This document shows positions 60,037 to 64,000 of a DNA stretch of 64,000 nt, in pieces. The stretch lies in assembly GCA_002269645.1 (NCBI GenBank), contig NIVC01002305.1, positions 1 through 64,000 of the forward strand, in the 5' to 3' direction. The stretch is from Macrostomum lignano. Its lineage: Eukaryota. Position 1 is the stretch's first letter. Each line of letters begins with the position of its first letter. The notes below the pieces were generated by a model. It saw nothing but the letters and a program-made list of their open reading frames with translations. It made no database searches and was not told where the DNA came from. The position numbers and the translations under genes were made by a program.

Positions 60037-63000
60037 ACTTCGAATTGTAAACCTCAAATATATTACTAATTAAAAATTTTAAAACACGTTTCCATTCTTT
60101 TGAATTAGAATAGCAGGTATGTTCAGAGCTAAAATAATTCTGGTTTAACAATTTTATGCCTTACTTTATTTCATTCACAACTCTCGCTGCACTACTCATA
60201 GTAAAGTAGTAAAGATGTATCAATGTTGTTGCAACAACATTGCCAATTTTGACAATGGCACGACAAAAAATTTCTTGTGACAACATTGATGTCAACAATT
60301 CAGCAACACGAGGAATATCCGTAAAAAGGAATACATTCTGTCAGTCTTCAGTTTCTAGAAAGCCCAATAACAGGCTAAACTGATGGAAACACAAAAAACA
60401 CAATTTATTGTGCGTACTGTGCTTCTGGGCATAAAGCTACTCCTAATGAGCATATTGGTCTCTTTAACTTAGAAAGAAGCAATATCCCGGAGAAAGAAAT
60501 GCATTCTGTCAGTCTGCAGTTTCTAGTTAGCCCAAGCTAAACTGATGGAAACACAAAAAACACATGAAATTGCGCATTTTACATAAAATACATGAAAAAT
60601 ATTGAAAATTGCAGGGTAATATTTTTATTTACAAATCAAGAAAAATTAATAATTCTTGATGTATATTTTTTGAAATATTAATTATGGTTAGGAGAAAAAA
60701 CAAGAAAGAATTTTATGAGTCAACAATGTTATAAATATACAGAATTTTTTAAATTTTTATAATTACAATGAAATCAAATATAAAAATATTTATTGGCTAG
60801 TAATATTACATAAAATTACAAGTAATTAAATAGGCTAGTATAGTCAATATTTTTATTGCATGTTATAGTTATTATTTTATAAAAGTATACTAAGTGCCTG
60901 CCTGATATAATTGAATTTATACTTAATGGAAAAGCACTATGGAATCTTAAATAGATATTATGTTTATAATTTGACTTATTAGAAGAGAAGAAATATTAAA
61001 ATAGAGGTTTTAACAAGTTGTAAAAAGCATCAAGCCAAGAAATGCCAATTTTATTTTATTGCCTATACTGATATTAACACTTTGACTGCATGTTTCAAGA
61101 CGTAATTGAAAAATAAATCTAAAAATATAGGAAGTAAAACAGCATAAAAGGCTTCATTATTAAGTATGGCCACAAAAATACCACACGGCGTATAAATATA
61201 ATGTATTTTTTATGCGCAAGTGCGCTGTAACTGCCTGCTGCCACGTTGCGCAATAAAGACTCGCAGTTCGAAATATTTTTTAATGTTTTCGCTTTGCATT
61301 AAAATAAATAGCTTAACAGTCAACACAAAATTGAGTGCAAAAATGCTGATGAAAGTGATAAAACTTTAATTTGATAACTTTTTTAATAGGAAAATTTACT
61401 ATTTTTCGACTCGGGAAACGCACTTAATTTCGTTCACCGCGGAGTTCAGCGGCAGTCATTCAACACCGGAATTTAACAAAAAAACGTTCTCCTGCAGTTC
61501 AGGAGCAACGCGCAACGCTGAAATTTTATGCGCACGTCGAAATCTGCCTATATTTTGCTTTGAAATATTGCATGACAGGTTTTCAGCTCTCTGGAAGGAT
61601 TTATTGGGTTCACCGCCGGTTTCACCCCCCAAAAAATAACAAAAATCGCCCTCCTGATGTCCAGGGGCAACGCGCAGAGCCAAAAATCTAGGCGCATCTC
61701 TAGTTTTACTTGCGCTATCGATTATGTATATTTTTAAGCCTTAAAAATAAAGTTAAAAATCCGGTGAACCCAAGTGCCGGTGAATTCAGTAGTTAGTCCT
61801 GATGATCCGTATAGACAGTTTGTCAAAGTATTTGTTTCGTTAAGTGTCCATAGTCAATTTATTTAGTTGACAAAGTAACCTGTAGAATTTTATTATGAAA
61901 CTTAATGACGTATAATTCAATACATTCATTATCATTTTTTAAATGTTTAAATAAGACTAAATAGGCCTAAGTTATGCATCTGTACTCGTGCTTGTTACGT
62001 TTCCGTGTAGTAAATAAAAATAAATTCTTAAATACTGATAGTGATAGGGTGCGCATTGATCTTGTCTATTGCATTTTCATCTGTTAGTACAAAACAACTT
62101 TTCTCTGGCATAGCCTATCATTCAGATACATAGGCCTAGGCCTATCCCAATTTTGTGAAATAAATCAAACAAATATAAATATTGGAGTAATTTATTTGTC
62201 TAATCTGAATAAGGGGTTTGTATAATTGTATAAGTGGCATGCTATATAAAAATTATAAGTAGGCCCTAGACTTAGACTAGGCCTAGGTTGTGGCACTAAA
62301 ATGAATGCCTGCAGCACCAAAATAAGTGCCTGCAACACTAAAATGTGTACTAGCAGCGTCAAAAGTGGCAATGGCATAAGGCATGGCCAGCCAGGCCAAC
62401 CCGCCTCCCCCCAATTAAAAATTCCTGGCTATGCCATTGGCAATCTTAGACTTAGAGTTTGGAGAACAAATTTCTGCTTTTCAAGTGTAACCTTAGAATA
62501 GGCCTATCCATCCTTGAGAACCAAAAATAGGCTAGCCATTGGCAACAAGATTTTGAGCCCCAAGGGCCAGCTGGCAACTGGATTTCCAACCTTTAAAAAA
62601 CCCAGTGTGTATGCCTAACTTTTGGTATGCAAAGCGGCGGCTGCCAAAGCCAATGCATGCCCAAATTTTTGGATATATAGGCGGATAGGCCTATTACATG
62701 ATCTAGAATATGGCATGATTCCATAGTTAGGATCATAGCTCACCTGCCTCTAAACAAATCCTAAGCCTATCTATCAAAGAGTTTGCTTGCACTATGTGCC
62801 AGAACTATTCTTTTCAATATACTAAAATAGAAATTTTGTCTGTATTTATGTATGTTTGTAACATAACTCTTCCTAGGCTACTTGCAACTAGTGTTCCGCT
62901 GTAAGGAAGGTCCATATATTGTAGCCATAGCCATAAGCAAAACTATGGCTTATTCCAATTCTCTATATTCTGTAGCCATAGGGACCCTAATATTAGGGCC

Positions 63001-64000
63001 TACCATATTCCCATAGTTCCCACTATGGATAGTTTTAATAAAAGTCTAGAAAACAAAAATTTTGAATCAAGAATATAAAATAGTGCTTAAACAACTTCAA
63101 ATTAAGTTAGAAAATAAAAGAAACACTCAATTGCCTTTGTATGATAATATTTCATCTTTTTTCAAAGCAACAATACTTGATCATTAATTACTAATGCTGA
63201 ACTTTTTCACATTAATAAAAATTAGAGTTTGCTAGTGTTTTATTGTACTTTTTTAGGTATATTTTAAAAGTTTTTAAGTTGATAATACAGTTAATTAAAA
63301 GTATCTTTGTTTTACTTTACCTGTTTCTAATATTTTTCAATTTTTAACATTAATAACTACAGCCATGGGAATCTACGGAATGTGACAACAACTACCATAT
63401 TTCTGTAGTCATAGCCATAGCTGCCATAGGCACCTATTTTACCATATTTGCCATAGGATCCCGTAGTCGTAGCTATGTCTATGGTGAAACATTACTTGCA
63501 ACTTAGCATTTTAACTTATATAAGAAAATTGCAACTTTTCTAGAATTGGCTTTAGGCTATTTATCAAATAAGTCTACTTGTGCTATGTTCCAAAACTTTT
63601 TACAAAGAAACACAAAAATGGTATTTTTCATTTGAAAAATACTAGTAAAAGTTACATTTGAATCTGTTTCATAAAAATGCAATGTTAACATATTTTAAAT
63701 ATGAGAACCATCAATACACTGGCAAATAAAAAAGTGCTAATAAAAAGAAATTTTTCTGGTATAATTTTCTGTGTGCAAAAATATCATCTTGCTAAAATTT
63801 TTTGTTTTGCAACTTGTACCAATTTTTTTGTGCCATACTGTGATAAATTTTTCTCTTTGCCTGCTATTATGCCAGAATGTGCTTACATGATGCATGTCCA
63901 ACCCCATTTTGTACTAGAATTTTCAGTGAAAAAAGGCTATCTTTTTGACTATGGGCATAATCCAAAGTGAACAATCCACATTGTGAACAATGAACAATGT

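Larger units (their letters stand above)
56174..61797. mobile_element. 5.6-kb composite structure bounded by long inverted arms (foldback-like element or inverted pair of one element)
   Basis: 56174-57816 is the reverse complement of 60324-61797 (no mismatch in the segments I compared), except for one extra 168-bp tandem unit on the left. Confidence 0.85.

Noticed and set aside
56288-61683. Identical 75-aa ORFs MALRVAPGHQEG in both inverted arms
   Set aside because: TTG start, no recognisable domain; identity simply reflects the duplication.
56174-61797. Polinton/Maverick interpretation of the long inverted arms
   Set aside because: No pPolB, integrase or capsid ORFs, no 6-bp TSD, and the termini read ACT..AGT rather than AG..CT.

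Overview
Eukaryotic (metazoan) genomic DNA. GC-rich exons, introns packed with micro- and minisatellites, and the transposon content suggest a Macrostomum-like free-living flatworm; the species is inference, not shown. Spliced genes reconstructed by hand from splice sites and reading phase: XPOT (partial, -), a 4-TM MS4A/CD20-like gene (-), RAB32/38 (-), FBXO28 (-), a ZDHHC9/14/18-type palmitoyltransferase (+), an unnamed ~500-aa coiled-coil protein (+), a 130-aa secreted precursor absent from the ORF track (+), a small single-TM orphan (-) and a SUMF2-like gene (-). Mobile DNA: tRNA-derived SINEs, RTE LINE fragments, Tc1/mariner relics and MITEs, and a 5.6-kb structure with ~1.5-kb near-identical inverted arms enclosing gypsy RT, a LINE ORF1 fragment and a solo LTR. 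Highlights: (1) a hidden signal-peptide + acidic-propeptide + cationic twin-Cys-loop peptide precursor; (2) two AT-AC minor-spliceosome (U12) introns in neighbouring genes; (3) a Rab32/38 gene with no identifiable start codon that would be completed in frame by a flatworm spliced-leader AUG; (4) minisatellites seen both as unexpanded seeds and as expanded arrays in copies of the same dispersed elements; (5) the long-inverted-arm composite element. Most long ORFs in the supplied track are repeat artefacts.
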